From NCBI GenBank assembly GCA_963664015.2, contig CAXXLF010000002.1:2048001-2112000 (forward strand): a DNA stretch of 64,000 bases, written 5' to 3'. The stretch comes from Candidatus Binatia bacterium (GTDB lineage Bacteria; Desulfobacterota; Binatia; UBA9968; CAXXLF01). Every line of letters begins with the position of its first letter. Position 1 is the first letter of the stretch. The position numbers were made by a program, and so were the translations under genes. Under the pieces are notes generated by a model. It ran no database searches, was not told the DNA's origin, and saw only the letters and a program-made list of their open reading frames with translations. Shown here piece by piece: positions 29,522 through 40,579 of this stretch.

Positions 29522-29700
29522 GAACCCCGCGCCTGCTCCATGGGACCGGCGCGGGGTACGACACGGGACTCACCCTCATCGATTTAATTGAATGGAGCCC
29601 TCGCTTCTTGAGGCGGGCGCTAAGCCGATGGGGGTGCCAAAGGGGAGAAGCGGCAGCTCTTCCCTTTGGTCGAACACGGGGATTCAAACCCCGTGTTCGA
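29522..29700. repeat. Cluster of strong hairpins between urtA and urtB
   Basis: ACCCCGCGCC...GGCGCGGGGT; CCAAAGGGGAGA...TCTTCCCTTTGG (29637-29669); TCGAACACGGGG-ATTCAAA-CCCCGTGTTCGA (29670-29700). Confidence 0.75.
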
Positions 29701-29729
29701 TATAACTTGATCATAGGATCTTACTTGCG

Positions 29730-31364
29730 GTGAAGCTTTCACAGCACCCACGTTTTTTCGCTCTTTCCCTTTGGTTAATGGGGACAGCTTTTCTCTCAGC
29801 CGGTGCCGTGTGGGCCGAGAGTTTTGCCGATGGTGCCGCCGCGCTGAAAGCAAAAGGCTTCAGGGCAAAGGCGGCAGCGATCACTGCGCTGGCTCAATTG
29901 GGTGATGCCAGGGCGATCCCTTTGTTCGAGGCCATGGGCGCAGGGCGTCTCTACTTGCGCAAGTCAGATCAGTCTCTGGTGGTCGTCGAGAAGGCAGGGT
30001 CGGGGTTTAAGCTTACCAACGCCGTCACGGGGCATGCCTTGGGAGTGGCGGGTCGCAGCGAGGTGAAGAAGATCCGGGTGAATAACCGAATTAGGCGAGC
30101 TATCAAGGCCGCGCTCAGTCGCCTAGAATTGTTGAGCCCGAGCCGAGACAGGCGTCTGGCAGCGGCCCAAGCGGCAATCGGCTATAGCTCCTCAGAGAGG
30201 ACGGTACTCTTGGGCAAGGCTCTGGAGCAGGAAAACGACGGGGAGGTCCGAGCCGCCTTGGAGTTTGCCCTCCGGGCCACCGAGGTGAAGACCGGAACGA
30301 CGTCGGAGCGCCTGATCGCCGTAGAAGCGCTGTCCCACTCGACGGATCCAAAGGTACGCGTGATTTTGGGTCAAGTGGCCGCCGATACCAAAGTGGACGG
30401 AAAGGTCCGGTCGGCCGCAGAGACGGCGATCAGGGGAATGGAGGGTAAGCTGTTCTTCCTGGAACTCGGACTCAGACTGTTCCAGGGCGTCAGCTTGGGA
30501 TCGGTCCTCCTGTTGGCCGCCATCGGCCTCGCCGTCACATTCGGTCTGATGGGGGTCATCAACATGGCCCACGGCGAGATGATTATGCTGGGGGCCTACG
30601 CGACCTTTGTGGTCCAAGAAGCCTTTCGAAATTTTCTCCCTGCATCGCTCCTGGACCTCTACCTGATCGCCGCTATCCCCGTCGCCTTCATGGTATCAGG
30701 CGGTGTCGGCATGGTGCTTGAACGTCTGGTCATCAGAAGGCTTTACAGCCGGCCGCTGGAGACCCTGCTGGCTACCTGGGGAATCAGCTTGATCCTGCAG
30801 CAGCTCGTCCGCTCCATATTCGGTGCGCCCAATAAGGAGGTGGCCAATCCTGCGTGGATGACCGGTGGATTCGAAATCGGAGGAGGAATGGTTTTTACCT
30901 ATAACCGCTTTTATATCATTTTTTTCTGTTTCCTCGTGCTCGGAGCCATTGCCTTCGTGATACGCAAGTCCGTTTTCGGATTGAACATGCGTGCCGTTAC
31001 ACAAAATCGGGAGATGGCTTCTACCATGGGGATCCCCACGGCATGGGTGGACACCCTGACCTTCGGTCTTGGATCGGGCATCGCGGGGATGGCCGGTGTC
31101 GCCCTGAGCCAGATCGGGAACGTCAGCCCAAACTTGGGCCAACTCTATATCGTGGATTCGTTTATGGTGGTTGTTTTCGGCGGTGTCGGTAATCTTACCG
31201 GTACGTTGCTAGGTGCCATGACGCTAGGGGTCATCAACAAATTCCTCGAACCCATATCGGGGGCGGTGCTCGGAAAGGTCGTCGTACTGGTCATGATCAT
31301 CCTTTTTATCCAGCGACGGCCCCAGGGTCTCTTCGCCCTGCGCGGCCGGGCGGCGGGAAGCTGA
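29730..31364 (+). CDS. urtB: Urea ABC transporter permease with N-terminal HEAT-like domain
   Basis: SLGSVLLLAAIGLAVTFGLMGVINMAHGE, RPLETLLATWG, YIVDSFMVVVFGGVG. Confidence 0.95.
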   Translation: MKLSQHPRFFALSLWLMGTAFLSAGAVWAESFADGAAALKAKGFRAKAAAITALAQLGDARAIPLFEAMGAGRLYLRKSDQSLVVVEKAGSGFKLTNAVTGHALGVAGRSEVKKIRVNNRIRRAIKAALSRLELLSPSRDRRLAAAQAAIGYSSSERTVLLGKALEQENDGEVRAALEFALRATEVKTGTTSERLIAVEALSHSTDPKVRVILGQVAADTKVDGKVRSAAETAIRGMEGKLFFLELGLRLFQGVSLGSVLLLAAIGLAVTFGLMGVINMAHGEMIMLGAYATFVVQEAFRNFLPASLLDLYLIAAIPVAFMVSGGVGMVLERLVIRRLYSRPLETLLATWGISLILQQLVRSIFGAPNKEVANPAWMTGGFEIGGGMVFTYNRFYIIFFCFLVLGAIAFVIRKSVFGLNMRAVTQNREMASTMGIPTAWVDTLTFGLGSGIAGMAGVALSQIGNVSPNLGQLYIVDSFMVVVFGGVGNLTGTLLGAMTLGVINKFLEPISGAVLGKVVVLVMIILFIQRRPQGLFALRGRAAGS

Positions 31365-31371
31365 GGGCGAC

Positions 31372-32505
31372 ATGGATTACGCTGGCAACCGCACATCCCT
31401 CCTCTCTCCCCGGGGCTGGATCTATTTTGCCCTTGTCGGATTCCTGCTCCTGGTCCCGGTTCCCGTCCTCAATCTCGTGGCAGGGGCGGGCTCCCTACTC
31501 CATGTTCCAGATTATCTAATTCCGCTGTTCGGCAAGTACCTCTGTTATGCATTGCTCGCCCTAAGTCTGGACCTGGTGTGGGGATATGTCGGTATCCTCA
31601 GTCTCGGCCACGGCGCGTTTTTCGCGCTCGGGGGCTACGCCTTCGGTATGTACCTGATGCGCTCCATCGGCGACCGTGGGGTCTATGGCAATGCTCTGTT
31701 GCCCGATTTTATGGTTTTCTTGAACTGGAAGGAGCTGCCCTGGTATTGGTACGGCTTTGATCACTTTGTCCTGGCGGGCATCATGGCCTTGGCGGTGCCC
31801 GGAATTCTCGCGTTTGTCTTCGGGTGGTTTGCTTTCCGATCCAGAATCACCGGCGTCTACCTGTCTATTATTACCCAGGCCATGACCTTCGCGCTCATGC
31901 TTGCCTTTTTCCGCAACGAAATGGGGCTCGGCGGAAATAACGGTCTGACCGACTTCAAAGATCTCCTCGGTTTTGATCTACAGGCGCGGGAAACGCGTGT
32001 GGGACTCTATATGATGTCCGTTGTAGGCCTTGGGGGGGGCTATTTGATCTGTCGTTTCATCATAACCTCCAAGCTTGGGCGGCTGCTGCCTGCCATCCGG
32101 GATGCCGAGAGTCGGGTTCGGTTCCTGGGCTATTCGGTCGCCCATTGCAAACTCTTTGTCTTTGTCGTATCGGGGATACTCGCAGGGCTGGCAGGGGCCT
32201 TGTATGTGCCGCAAGTGGGAATTATCAACCCGAGCGAGTTTTCCCCTGCCAACTCCATTGAGATTGCCGTGTGGGTCGCTGTTGGTGGACGCGGCACTCT
32301 CTATGGTCCGATCCTCGGGGCCCTCCTGGTCAATGTGATGAAGACCTATCTCACAGGCGCTGTCCCCGATATTTGGTTGTTCTTCTTAGGCGCCTTGTTT
32401 ATCCTTGTCACCTTGTTCTTCCCGAAGGGCATCGTGGGGTGGTTTAAACCGCGGCGAGGCGAATCCGAGAGACTCCATTCGGTTGGGATGCAAAACAGTG
32501 GCTGA
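31372..32505 (+). CDS. urtC: Urea ABC transporter permease
   Basis: WGYVGILSLGHG, LPDFMVFL, GGNNGLTDFK, LYVPQVGIINP. Confidence 0.95.
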   Translation: MDYAGNRTSLLSPRGWIYFALVGFLLLVPVPVLNLVAGAGSLLHVPDYLIPLFGKYLCYALLALSLDLVWGYVGILSLGHGAFFALGGYAFGMYLMRSIGDRGVYGNALLPDFMVFLNWKELPWYWYGFDHFVLAGIMALAVPGILAFVFGWFAFRSRITGVYLSIITQAMTFALMLAFFRNEMGLGGNNGLTDFKDLLGFDLQARETRVGLYMMSVVGLGGGYLICRFIITSKLGRLLPAIRDAESRVRFLGYSVAHCKLFVFVVSGILAGLAGALYVPQVGIINPSEFSPANSIEIAVWVAVGGRGTLYGPILGALLVNVMKTYLTGAVPDIWLFFLGALFILVTLFFPKGIVGWFKPRRGESERLHSVGMQNSG

Positions 32506-33298
32506 AACCATGACCTTGTACAAACCCGTGAATGCCATCGAGACGGGAGCCCATCCGGCACCCAAGACACTGCTATACCTCGACGGGGTGACTGTCAGCT
32601 TCGATGGCTTCAAGGCCCTGAACGAACTCTCCCTCGTCGTCGATAAAGGCGAGCTACGAACGATCATCGGCCCCAATGGGGCAGGCAAGACAACGATGCT
32701 CGATGTTATAACCGGCAGGTCTCGGCCCGATCAGGGGAGAGTCCTGTTTAACGGTGATTGTGACCTAACGAAACTGGACGAGGCGGCTATTGCCAACCTC
32801 GGAATCTGCCGTAAATTTCAGAAACCTACCGTTTTTGAAAACCTCTTGGTGCTGGACAATCTTGAATTGGCCCTCAAAACCGATCGCCGCCTGTTCAGCA
32901 CGCTGTTTTTCAAGCCCAAGGGCGAGCATGCCCAACGCATCGAATCCACCCTTGAAAGGATAGGTCTCACGTCCCACCGCTTCGAACTGGCCGGCACACT
33001 AAGCCACGGCCAGAAACAATGGCTTGAGATCGGGATGCTGCTGATCCAGGACCAGGAGCTTCTCCTGTTGGACGAGCCTGTGGCCGGTATGACGGATCAG
33101 GAGACGGAGGAGACCGTATTGCTGATTTTGAGCATCGCCGAAGACCGGACGGTTATCGTCGTCGAACACGATATGGGGTTTGTCCGCTCCCTCGGAGCGC
33201 GGGTCACCGTGCTGCACGAGGGGCACGTGCTTGCAGAGGGGTCCATCGACGCCATCCAGAACAATCCACGAGTCGTCGAAGTCTATCTGGGACGTTAA
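32498..33298 (+). CDS. urtD: Urea ABC transporter ATPase
   Basis: VSFDGFKAL, GPNGAGKTT, RKFQKPTVFE, LSHGQKQWLEIGM. Start may be GTG 32498 or ATG 32510. Confidence 0.93.
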   Translation: MAETMTLYKPVNAIETGAHPAPKTLLYLDGVTVSFDGFKALNELSLVVDKGELRTIIGPNGAGKTTMLDVITGRSRPDQGRVLFNGDCDLTKLDEAAIANLGICRKFQKPTVFENLLVLDNLELALKTDRRLFSTLFFKPKGEHAQRIESTLERIGLTSHRFELAGTLSHGQKQWLEIGMLLIQDQELLLLDEPVAGMTDQETEETVLLILSIAEDRTVIVVEHDMGFVRSLGARVTVLHEGHVLAEGSIDAIQNNPRVVEVYLGR

Positions 33299-33300
33299 CC

Positions 33301-33996
33301 ATGCTTCGTGTGGAAAACCTTCATCTGTTTTACGGCGCAAGCCACATCCTTCGAGGGGTAAACCTTCGCGCGGAAAAAGGGCAGGTGACGTGTATCCTGG
33401 GTCGGAACGGCGTGGGGAAAACATCCCTCATGCGTGCGATCCTTGGGCTTCAGTCCGTCGGCGAAGGCCGAATCCTATGGGAAGATAAGGACATCACCCG
33501 CATGTACCCGCACCAGCGTGCCCGGCTCGGACTGGCCAATGTCCCGCAAGGCCGGGAGATCTTCCCGCGCCTTACGGTGGAAGAGAACCTGCGCACGGGC
33601 TTTGCCCAACTTCCCAAGGCCCTTCGAACCATCCCGGAACATGTCTTTCAACTTTTTCCCGTGCTTAAGAACATGCTGACCCGCCGGGGCGGCGATCTAT
33701 CGGGAGGCCAGCAGCAACAGCTCACGATCGCGCGGGCGTTGGTTACACGGCCACGGCTTCTCGTTCTCGACGAACCAACGGAAGGGATTCAGCCCTCGAT
33801 CATCAAGGATATCAAAAACGTGATCGAGAGGTTGGCAGCCCAGGGAGATATGGCGATCCTGCTGGTCGAGCAGTACTTCGAATTCGCCCGGAATCTCGCC
33901 GATCGGTTCTACGTTTTGAATCGCGGTGAGACCGTCATGGAGGGTGAGAGAGGGGAGATGGATGAGGCCGATGTCCGCCGTCACCTTATCGTCTGA
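33301..33996 (+). CDS. urtE: Urea ABC transporter ATPase
   Basis: GRNGVGKT, VPQGREIFP, LSGGQQQQL, LDEPTEGIQPSII. Confidence 0.95.
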   Translation: MLRVENLHLFYGASHILRGVNLRAEKGQVTCILGRNGVGKTSLMRAILGLQSVGEGRILWEDKDITRMYPHQRARLGLANVPQGREIFPRLTVEENLRTGFAQLPKALRTIPEHVFQLFPVLKNMLTRRGGDLSGGQQQQLTIARALVTRPRLLVLDEPTEGIQPSIIKDIKNVIERLAAQGDMAILLVEQYFEFARNLADRFYVLNRGETVMEGERGEMDEADVRRHLIV

Positions 33997-34855
33997 GGCC
34001 GTCCTTGGGCGGCCCCGAGGGTCCTCCACCCCGCGTCTCCAGAGAGGGGATGGGGTAGCGGAGATCGCCTTTTCCGCGGCGACAGGGTCGACAAGGCTGA
34101 AGCACCTTTACCAGAAGGGACCCTGCCGGGCACTGTTTCCCAAATCGGTTCCGGGCGATTTAGCCACTGGGGTGATTGCAACCACGTCGGGTGGCATTAC
34201 GGGGGGGGACCGGCTTAGAATCGACCTGGCCGCCGGAGAAGGGGCGGCTGCGGTGGTCACCACTCAAGCGGCGGAAAAGGTTTACCGATCACTGGGTGAC
34301 GACTGTATCGTTGATATCCATGTCAGGGGGGAGACGGACACCTGGCTGGAATGGCTGCCGCAGGAGACGATATTCTTTGACCGAGGGAGGATGTGGCGGT
34401 CGACGGCGATCGACGGGTGGTCCGGGGCAATGATTATGGCCGGGGATATCCTGGTGTTCGGCCGCCTGGCCCACGGTGAAGTTATAAAGAGCGGTTTCCT
34501 GCACGACTCCTGGAAGGTCTCCTGGAACGGACGCCTGATATGGAGGGACGCCCTACGATTGGATGGCCACGTGACGCTGCTATTGGACGATCCAGCCGGG
34601 TTTGCGGGGGCGGTCTCCGTTGCCACGTTCGTATACGTTGCCGACGACGCTGTCCGCCATTTGAGAATTGCCCGTGATCTGCTGGAAGGCTGTCAAGTCC
34701 GATGTGGAGTGACCAGCGTCAACGGGGTCCTGGTGGCCCGGTTTCTTTCATCGGAGCCACGGGTCCTGCGCGTCGCCTTCGGAGATTTCTGGGCAGGGTT
34801 TCGCCAGCGAGTTCGCGGTTTGCCCGAGTGCCTGCCTCGAGTCTGGCATGGATGA
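33971..34855 (+). CDS. ureD: Urease accessory protein UreD
   Basis: TSGGITGGD, TTQAAEKVYRS, LEWLPQETIFF, LPRVW. Start approximate. Confidence 0.9.
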   Translation: MSAVTLSSEAVLGRPRGSSTPRLQRGDGVAEIAFSAATGSTRLKHLYQKGPCRALFPKSVPGDLATGVIATTSGGITGGDRLRIDLAAGEGAAAVVTTQAAEKVYRSLGDDCIVDIHVRGETDTWLEWLPQETIFFDRGRMWRSTAIDGWSGAMIMAGDILVFGRLAHGEVIKSGFLHDSWKVSWNGRLIWRDALRLDGHVTLLLDDPAGFAGAVSVATFVYVADDAVRHLRIARDLLEGCQVRCGVTSVNGVLVARFLSSEPRVLRVAFGDFWAGFRQRVRGLPECLPRVWHG

Positions 34856-34879
34856 CGTAGGGAAACGGAGGAGAGAGCG

Positions 34880-35182
34880 ATGAATCTGATGCCACGTGAA
34901 AAGGATAAACTTCTGGTCGCCATGGCGGCGACGGTTGCGCGCCGTAGGTTGGATCGCGGCGTCAAACTCAACCACCCCGAGGCGGTGGCGCTGATCACGG
35001 ACTTTGTCGTGGAAGGGGCGCGTGACGGGAAAAGCGTTCCGGATCTCATGCGCGACGGCGCCATAGTGCTGATCCGTGACCAGGTCATGGATGGGGTGGC
35101 CGAGATGATTGAGGAGATTCAAGTCGAGGCTACCTTTCCCGATGGCACCAAGCTTGTGACTGTTCACAGTCCTATCCGTTAA
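34880..35182 (+). CDS. ureA: Urease gamma subunit
   Basis: [34 protein letters not shown]. Confidence 0.98.
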   Translation: MNLMPREKDKLLVAMAATVARRRLDRGVKLNHPEAVALITDFVVEGARDGKSVPDLMRDGAIVLIRDQVMDGVAEMIEEIQVEATFPDGTKLVTVHSPIR

Positions 35183-35205
35183 TCTTAAATAGGAGGACTC
35201 AGGAA

Positions 35206-35511
35206 ATGATTCCGGGAGAAATATTGCCTCAGGCCGGTGAAATCACCCTCAACGAGGGGCGAGAGACACTGCTCATGGATGTATCCAATAGCGGTGACCG
35301 GCCGATCCAGGTGGGTTCTCATTACCACTTCTATGAAACCAACGAGTCCTTGCGCTTCGATCGGGAAAAGACGCGCGGCTTTCGCCTCGATATCCCCGCC
35401 GGGACCGCCGTCAGGTTCGAACCGGGGCAGACGCGGACGGTAACGCTCGTGGCCTATGGGGGGAAGCGAGTGGTTCATGGCTTCAATGGCAAGGTCAACG
35501 GTCCGCTTTAG
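35206..35511 (+). CDS. ureB: Urease beta subunit
   Basis: [33 protein letters not shown]. Confidence 0.98.
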   Translation: MIPGEILPQAGEITLNEGRETLLMDVSNSGDRPIQVGSHYHFYETNESLRFDREKTRGFRLDIPAGTAVRFEPGQTRTVTLVAYGGKRVVHGFNGKVNGPL

Positions 35512-35573
35512 TAGAGCGATGAAAAATTCCTTTGTGATGCGCGTCTTCAGCAGGACGCTAGGAGGTAAGGGAA

Positions 35574-37286
35574 ATGGCCAGTAAGATCGAGCGCGCCGCT
35601 TATGCCAGTATGTTCGGACCCACGGTAGGGGACAGGGTGCGTCTTGCCGATACCGACCTCCTCGTTGAGGTCGAGGATGACCGGACCATTTACGGCGAGG
35701 AGGTCAAGTTCGGGGGCGGCAAGGTGATCCGCGACGGGATGGGGCAAAGTCAGGTGTCGCGTGCTGACGGCGCTGTGGACACAGTGATTACCAACGCCCT
35801 GATTATCGATCATTGGGGGATCGTTAAAGCCGATATCGGCATCCGCGACGGAAGGATCTCCGGCATCGGTAAGGCCGGCAATCCGGACGTCCAGCCCGGC
35901 GTCGATATCGTCATCGGTCCGGGGACGGAGGCCATCGCCGGGGAGGGAAAGATCGTGACCGCGGGCGGGCTCGATGTCCATATTCACTTCATCTGCCCAC
36001 AGCTGATAGAAGAGGCCCTCTTCAGCGGAATAACGACCATGATGGGGGGTGGCACGGGGCCGGCGGCGGGAACCAACGCGACCACATGTACGCCGGGGGC
36101 GTGGCACATGGGACGCATGCTGCAGGCGGCGGAGGCATTCCCTATGAACCTCGGATTCTTCGGCAAGGGGAACGCTAGCCTGCCCAGCGCACTCGTAGAG
36201 CAGGTGATGGGGGGGGCCTGCGCGCTCAAGCTCCACGAAGATTGGGGGACCACTCCGGCGGCGATCGATCGGTGTCTATCGGTGGCGGATGATTATGACG
36301 TGCAGGTGCTGATTCACACGGACACGCTGAATGAATCCGGGTTTGTGGAAAATACGGTGCGCGCCTTCAAGGGCCGCACCATCCATACCTTTCACACCGA
36401 GGGCGCCGGAGGCGGCCATGCCCCGGATATCATCAAGGTCTGTGGGGAGTCCAACGTCTTACCCTCGTCCACCAACCCGACGCGGCCCTTTACGGTCAAT
36501 ACGGTGGAAGAGCACCTGGATATGCTCATGGTCTGCCATCACCTGGATGCCAAGATCCCCGAGGATGTCGCCTTTGCGGAAAGCCGAATCCGAAAGGAGA
36601 CGATTGCAGCGGAGGATATCCTGCATGACATGGGAGCTTTCAGCATGATTTCTTCGGATAGCCAGGCCATGGGCCGGGTGGGCGAAGTCATCATTCGAAC
36701 CTGGCAGACAGCCCATAAGATGAAGCAGCAGCGAGGCCGGCTGCCGGAAGAGAAGGGGGATAACGACAACCTCCGGGTCAAACGCTACATCGCAAAGTAT
36801 ACCATCAACCCGGCCATCGCCCAGGGGATCACCGATTATGTCGGCTCAGTGGAGACCGGGAAACTTGCAGACCTGGTGCTCTGGTCGCCCGCATTCTTTG
36901 GCGTTAAGCCGGATATGGTAATCAAATGCGGCACTATTGCTGCCGCCCCCATGGGGGATCCCAACGCCTCGATTCCGACGCCTCAGCCCGTGCACTACCG
37001 TCCCATGTTCGGAGCCTTCGGCCGCTCATGCGAGCAAAGCTCTGTGAGTTTCGTGAGCCGGGCATCGTTGGACGCCGGACTTGCCAAGAGCTTGGGTCTC
37101 AAGCGGACTCTACTCCCCGTTTCGAACACCCGCGGGCGCATCGGTAAAGCCAGTATGGTCCACAACGATCTCACCCCGCGGATCGAGGTTGACCCGGAAA
37201 CCTATGAGGTGCGGGCAAACGGTGAGCTGTTGACCTGTGAACCCGCCGAGGTGCTCCCCTTGGCGCAACGCTATTTTTTGTTCTGA
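35574..37286 (+). CDS. ureC: Urease alpha subunit
   Basis: [51 protein letters not shown]. Confidence 0.99.
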   Translation: MASKIERAAYASMFGPTVGDRVRLADTDLLVEVEDDRTIYGEEVKFGGGKVIRDGMGQSQVSRADGAVDTVITNALIIDHWGIVKADIGIRDGRISGIGKAGNPDVQPGVDIVIGPGTEAIAGEGKIVTAGGLDVHIHFICPQLIEEALFSGITTMMGGGTGPAAGTNATTCTPGAWHMGRMLQAAEAFPMNLGFFGKGNASLPSALVEQVMGGACALKLHEDWGTTPAAIDRCLSVADDYDVQVLIHTDTLNESGFVENTVRAFKGRTIHTFHTEGAGGGHAPDIIKVCGESNVLPSSTNPTRPFTVNTVEEHLDMLMVCHHLDAKIPEDVAFAESRIRKETIAAEDILHDMGAFSMISSDSQAMGRVGEVIIRTWQTAHKMKQQRGRLPEEKGDNDNLRVKRYIAKYTINPAIAQGITDYVGSVETGKLADLVLWSPAFFGVKPDMVIKCGTIAAAPMGDPNASIPTPQPVHYRPMFGAFGRSCEQSSVSFVSRASLDAGLAKSLGLKRTLLPVSNTRGRIGKASMVHNDLTPRIEVDPETYEVRANGELLTCEPAEVLPLAQRYFLF

Positions 37287-37288
37287 GG

Positions 37289-37984
37289 GTGTGGGTGGAA
37301 AACGGTATAGATAGTGCTGCGCTCTACCGGTTGCTCACGTGGTTTTCGCCGTCCTACCCGGTGGGTGCCTACTCCTATAGCCATGGCCTTGAGTTCACCG
37401 TGGCTGAAGGCCTCGTGAAGGACCGGGAAAGTTTGACCGGCTGGATAGGCGCTCTCCTGATGCATGGGAGCGGCCTGGTCGACGGCGCGTTGTTCTCAGC
37501 GGCCTGGCGTGCGGCCAGTGTCGGAGACGCAGCGGGGCTTAGGAACGTAGCAGAATTTGCCTCGGCTTTTCGCGGCACGGGAGAACTAGCCCTGGAAAGC
37601 ACGGCCCAGGGTGAGGCCTTCTCGGTGATAGTGCAAGCGACTGAAAAAGTGCCCATGCTTTCGCAGCTGGCTGAAGAACAACGTGGCGTCGTCTACCCCG
37701 TGGCTGTGGGGGTGGCCTGCGCGGCGGTTGCAATTCCTCTCGATGCGGGTTTGCAGGCTTACCTGCATGCCATTGGGGCGAATCTTATTTCTGCTGGGGT
37801 TCGGTTGATCCCTTTGGGTCACGCCGACGGCCAGCGTGGCATCTTGGCCCTCGAACCGTATGTGATTATCTCGTCTGAAAGGGCCCTGGAGACTTCCCTG
37901 GACGCCCTCGGCACTGCCACACCGATGATCGAATGGGCCTCGATGAAACATGAAACCCAGTACACGAGGTTGTTTCGCTCATGA
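37289..37984 (+). CDS. ureF: Urease accessory protein UreF
   Basis: [34 protein letters not shown]. Confidence 0.95.
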   Translation: MWVENGIDSAALYRLLTWFSPSYPVGAYSYSHGLEFTVAEGLVKDRESLTGWIGALLMHGSGLVDGALFSAAWRAASVGDAAGLRNVAEFASAFRGTGELALESTAQGEAFSVIVQATEKVPMLSQLAEEQRGVVYPVAVGVACAAVAIPLDAGLQAYLHAIGANLISAGVRLIPLGHADGQRGILALEPYVIISSERALETSLDALGTATPMIEWASMKHETQYTRLFRS

Positions 37985-38610
37985 CTCGAACCATCCATAG
38001 CCCCCTCCGTGTCGGCGTCGGGGGACCCGTGGGATCCGGGAAGACGGCTTTGGTCGACGCCCTTTGCAAGTCCATGCGCAGCCGCTATGAAATTGCGGTG
38101 GTCACCAACGACATTTACACGAGGGAGGACGCCGAGTTCTTGGTGCAATCGGGGGCGCTCGCTGCTGAAAGGATCGTTGGCGTGGAGACGGGCGGCTGCC
38201 CACACACGGCAATCCGTGAGGACGCATCCATGAATTTGGCCGCCGTCGGTGAGATGAGCAAGCTCTTTCCGGAACTCGAATTGGTCTTCATCGAGTCTGG
38301 GGGGGATAATCTGACTGCCACCTTTAGTCCGGAACTTGCCGACATCACAATTTATGTTATTGACGTCGCAGCAGGGGATAAGATTCCACGCAAGGGAGGG
38401 CCCGGTATTGCCCGCTCGGACCTTCTTGTCATCAACAAGATTGATTTGGCCCCCCATGTGGGAGCCAGCCTCGAGGTCATGGACCGGGATGCAAGAAAGA
38501 TGCGCGGTACTCGGCCCTTCGTCTTTACTAATATTAAAGAAGGGAATGGTGTAGAAAAAGTAGCCCGCTTCCTCGTGGAGAGTCGTGGCTTAGGATCGCC
38601 GAAACGATAG
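37981..38610 (+). CDS. ureG: Urease accessory GTPase UreG
   Basis: [29 protein letters not shown]. Confidence 0.98.
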   Translation: MTRTIHSPLRVGVGGPVGSGKTALVDALCKSMRSRYEIAVVTNDIYTREDAEFLVQSGALAAERIVGVETGGCPHTAIREDASMNLAAVGEMSKLFPELELVFIESGGDNLTATFSPELADITIYVIDVAAGDKIPRKGGPGIARSDLLVINKIDLAPHVGASLEVMDRDARKMRGTRPFVFTNIKEGNGVEKVARFLVESRGLGSPKR

Positions 38611-38652
38611 GGTGGAGAACTTACGCTGTCGGTCGGTGCGGCACAGGGGTCG

Positions 38653-38949
38653 CTATCTCTTTATCGAAAAGGTTTCGAATGGCCCTTGGCAGTCCTCCCA
38701 CTGGAGTTCAACTTTTTGGACTTGAGCCCCCATGGGGCCCTGGTGGCACCATTGGATCAACTCCTGGACCTTTTGCTCCTGCCCTTCCGCTACCACCTCG
38801 ACGGAACCATCACGACAATTTCTCACCCATCCCCCGAGTTCTAGGCGAACGGCAAGTTCGACCGTAGAGGCACGGAAGAAGACTCCTTGGACGCGCCCTC
38901 GAATCATAAGACGGGCGCAGGCCGTGTTTTCTGTCTTTTCTTCGCTCAT
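38653..38949 (-). CDS. acyP: Acylphosphatase
   Basis: GRVQGVFFR, GWVRNCRDGSVE, WCHQGP. Confidence 0.93.
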   Translation of the reverse strand: MSEEKTENTACARLMIRGRVQGVFFRASTVELAVRLELGGWVRNCRDGSVEVVAEGQEQKVQELIQWCHQGPMGAQVQKVELQWEDCQGPFETFSIKR

Positions 38950-39004
38950 CAGAGCCCCCTACCTTAGCGAATCCGTTTCTGCAAGCTCATGCTAACAGCA
39001 AAGC

Positions 39005-39163
39005 GGTAAAACACCCTCACGTTAAAATCCTAAATCCGAAGCACGAAATCCTAAACAATCCCAAAGTCTCAAATCCCCAATGCTCAAAAGATGAAACAAG
39101 CTGACGCTTTTGTTCGGCCTTTTGGTTATTTGGATTTGTTTCGAATTTCGGATTTCGAAATTC
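39005..39163 (+). repeat. Intergenic element family A, copy 2
   Basis: Inverted copy of 11258-11415; heptamer units AAATCCT/AAATCCG/AAGCACG on the left and GAATTTC/GGATTTC on the right. Confidence 0.85.
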
Positions 39164-39193
39164 GAATCTGTAATTTAAACTTGTGGTGTTCTA

Positions 39194-39345
39194 CCCTTCG
39201 ACCCATTGAGAGGCTCAGGGTTCGACCCTGAGCCTCACCCGAACGGGTCCCGAGCTCAGTCGAGGGACGTCTCTGCGGTGAGCTGTACGAATCTTTAAGG
39301 GGTGATAATCTGCGGTTAATAGCTATAGGCGCTTTGCGCGTTGCT
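39194..39345. repeat. Nested REP-like palindromes plus nonamer/heptamer remnants
   Basis: CCCTTCGAC...GTCGAGGG outer IR; perfect GAGGCTCAGGG-TTCGA-CCCTGAGCCTC (39210-39236); AATCTGCGGT is the reverse complement of ACCGCAGATT at 5463. Confidence 0.7.
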
Positions 39346-39368
39346 CTTCACCATTCTTCGTGGGTGCC

Positions 39369-40579
39369 TTATTGGGGCAAGAGCCTGGGGAGCCAGATGG
39401 CCAGATTAGGGAAACAGGCGACCAGGGTAAGGCCCACGATTCGGATAATCACGAATGGGATCACCCCTCGATAGATATGCCCTGTGGTCAGCTCGGCGGG
39501 CGCCATTCCCCTTAAGTAAAAGAGGGCAAAACCGAGAGGAGGCGTGAGAAACGAGGTCTGGAGGTTGATCCCTAAAAGAATACCGTACCATAGGGGGTCG
39601 AAACCCATAGCGCTCAAAATGGGGGCAATGATAGACAGGTGGATAAAGGCGATCTCGATAAAGTCCAGAAAGAAACCCAGGATGAAAACGATGGCCATAA
39701 TGACTACAAATACAGCCCAAGGAGGGAACGCCAAATCGGCGACGAAGTGGCGTTCCCAATCATCCCCACCCATTCCCCGGAATGCTAGACCGAAGGCCGT
39801 CGCGCCCACCAGGATGATGAAAACCATACTGGTGACCCGGGCGTACTTTTCATGACCTCTCGAAGCATCTTGAGGTTGAAGCGATGCTTCAAGATCGTGA
39901 GCAGAACTGTCCCTGAGGCGCTTACGGCAGCGGCCTCGGTAGGCGCTGCAATGCCAAGAAAGATAGATCCAAGTACGACAATCATGAGGATGAGCACGGG
40001 GGGGAGAGAGGTGAGCAGCTTCAAACCAAGGGCCCGCGACCCGATGGCTGCTCGCTCCTTGAGAGGAATGGGCGGCATCTTGTGTGGGAATAATAGGGAC
40101 AGGTACAGCAGGTAGAGGAGATACATGCCGGCCAAACTCATACCGGGGATTAGGGCTGCAAGAAAAAGGTCGCCCACGGAAACGCCCAGGATGTCTCCCA
40201 CCAGGACCAGCACGATGCTGGGGGGGGGGCTGCCCCAGTGAGCTGGACGACAAATGACTCCGGCAGCCACTTCTCTATGGTAACCCCGATGGAGCATGGT
40301 CGGCAGTGAGATCAGTCCCATGGTCTCAAGGAGATACTGGGCCAGTCCGGAACGCTCCAGGGTGGCCCCCATGAAGATGAACAGGGGAACGGTTATGAGG
40401 GTGAAGTTGGTCATAAGACCCCAGATGCGTAGCGGAAGCAGGTCGAAAAAACCGAATCCAAAGGCGGCCAGACCGAAGCCGAGGGCGGTCCCGCCAATGG
40501 TAAAGGCGATGGGATAGCTGGCCAGGATCAGCAGGGTGAAGGCCAGGAACATCAAAGCGGGAAGGAGTTCGGTCACCAA
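39369..40579 (-). pseudogene. dctM: TRAP transporter large permease (DctM), degraded
   Basis: VPLFIFMG, PPSIVLV, PTEAAA, NLQTSFLTPPLGFALFYLRG spread over two frames; probable deletion at TMGL; G10 run at 40220-40229. Confidence 0.85.
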
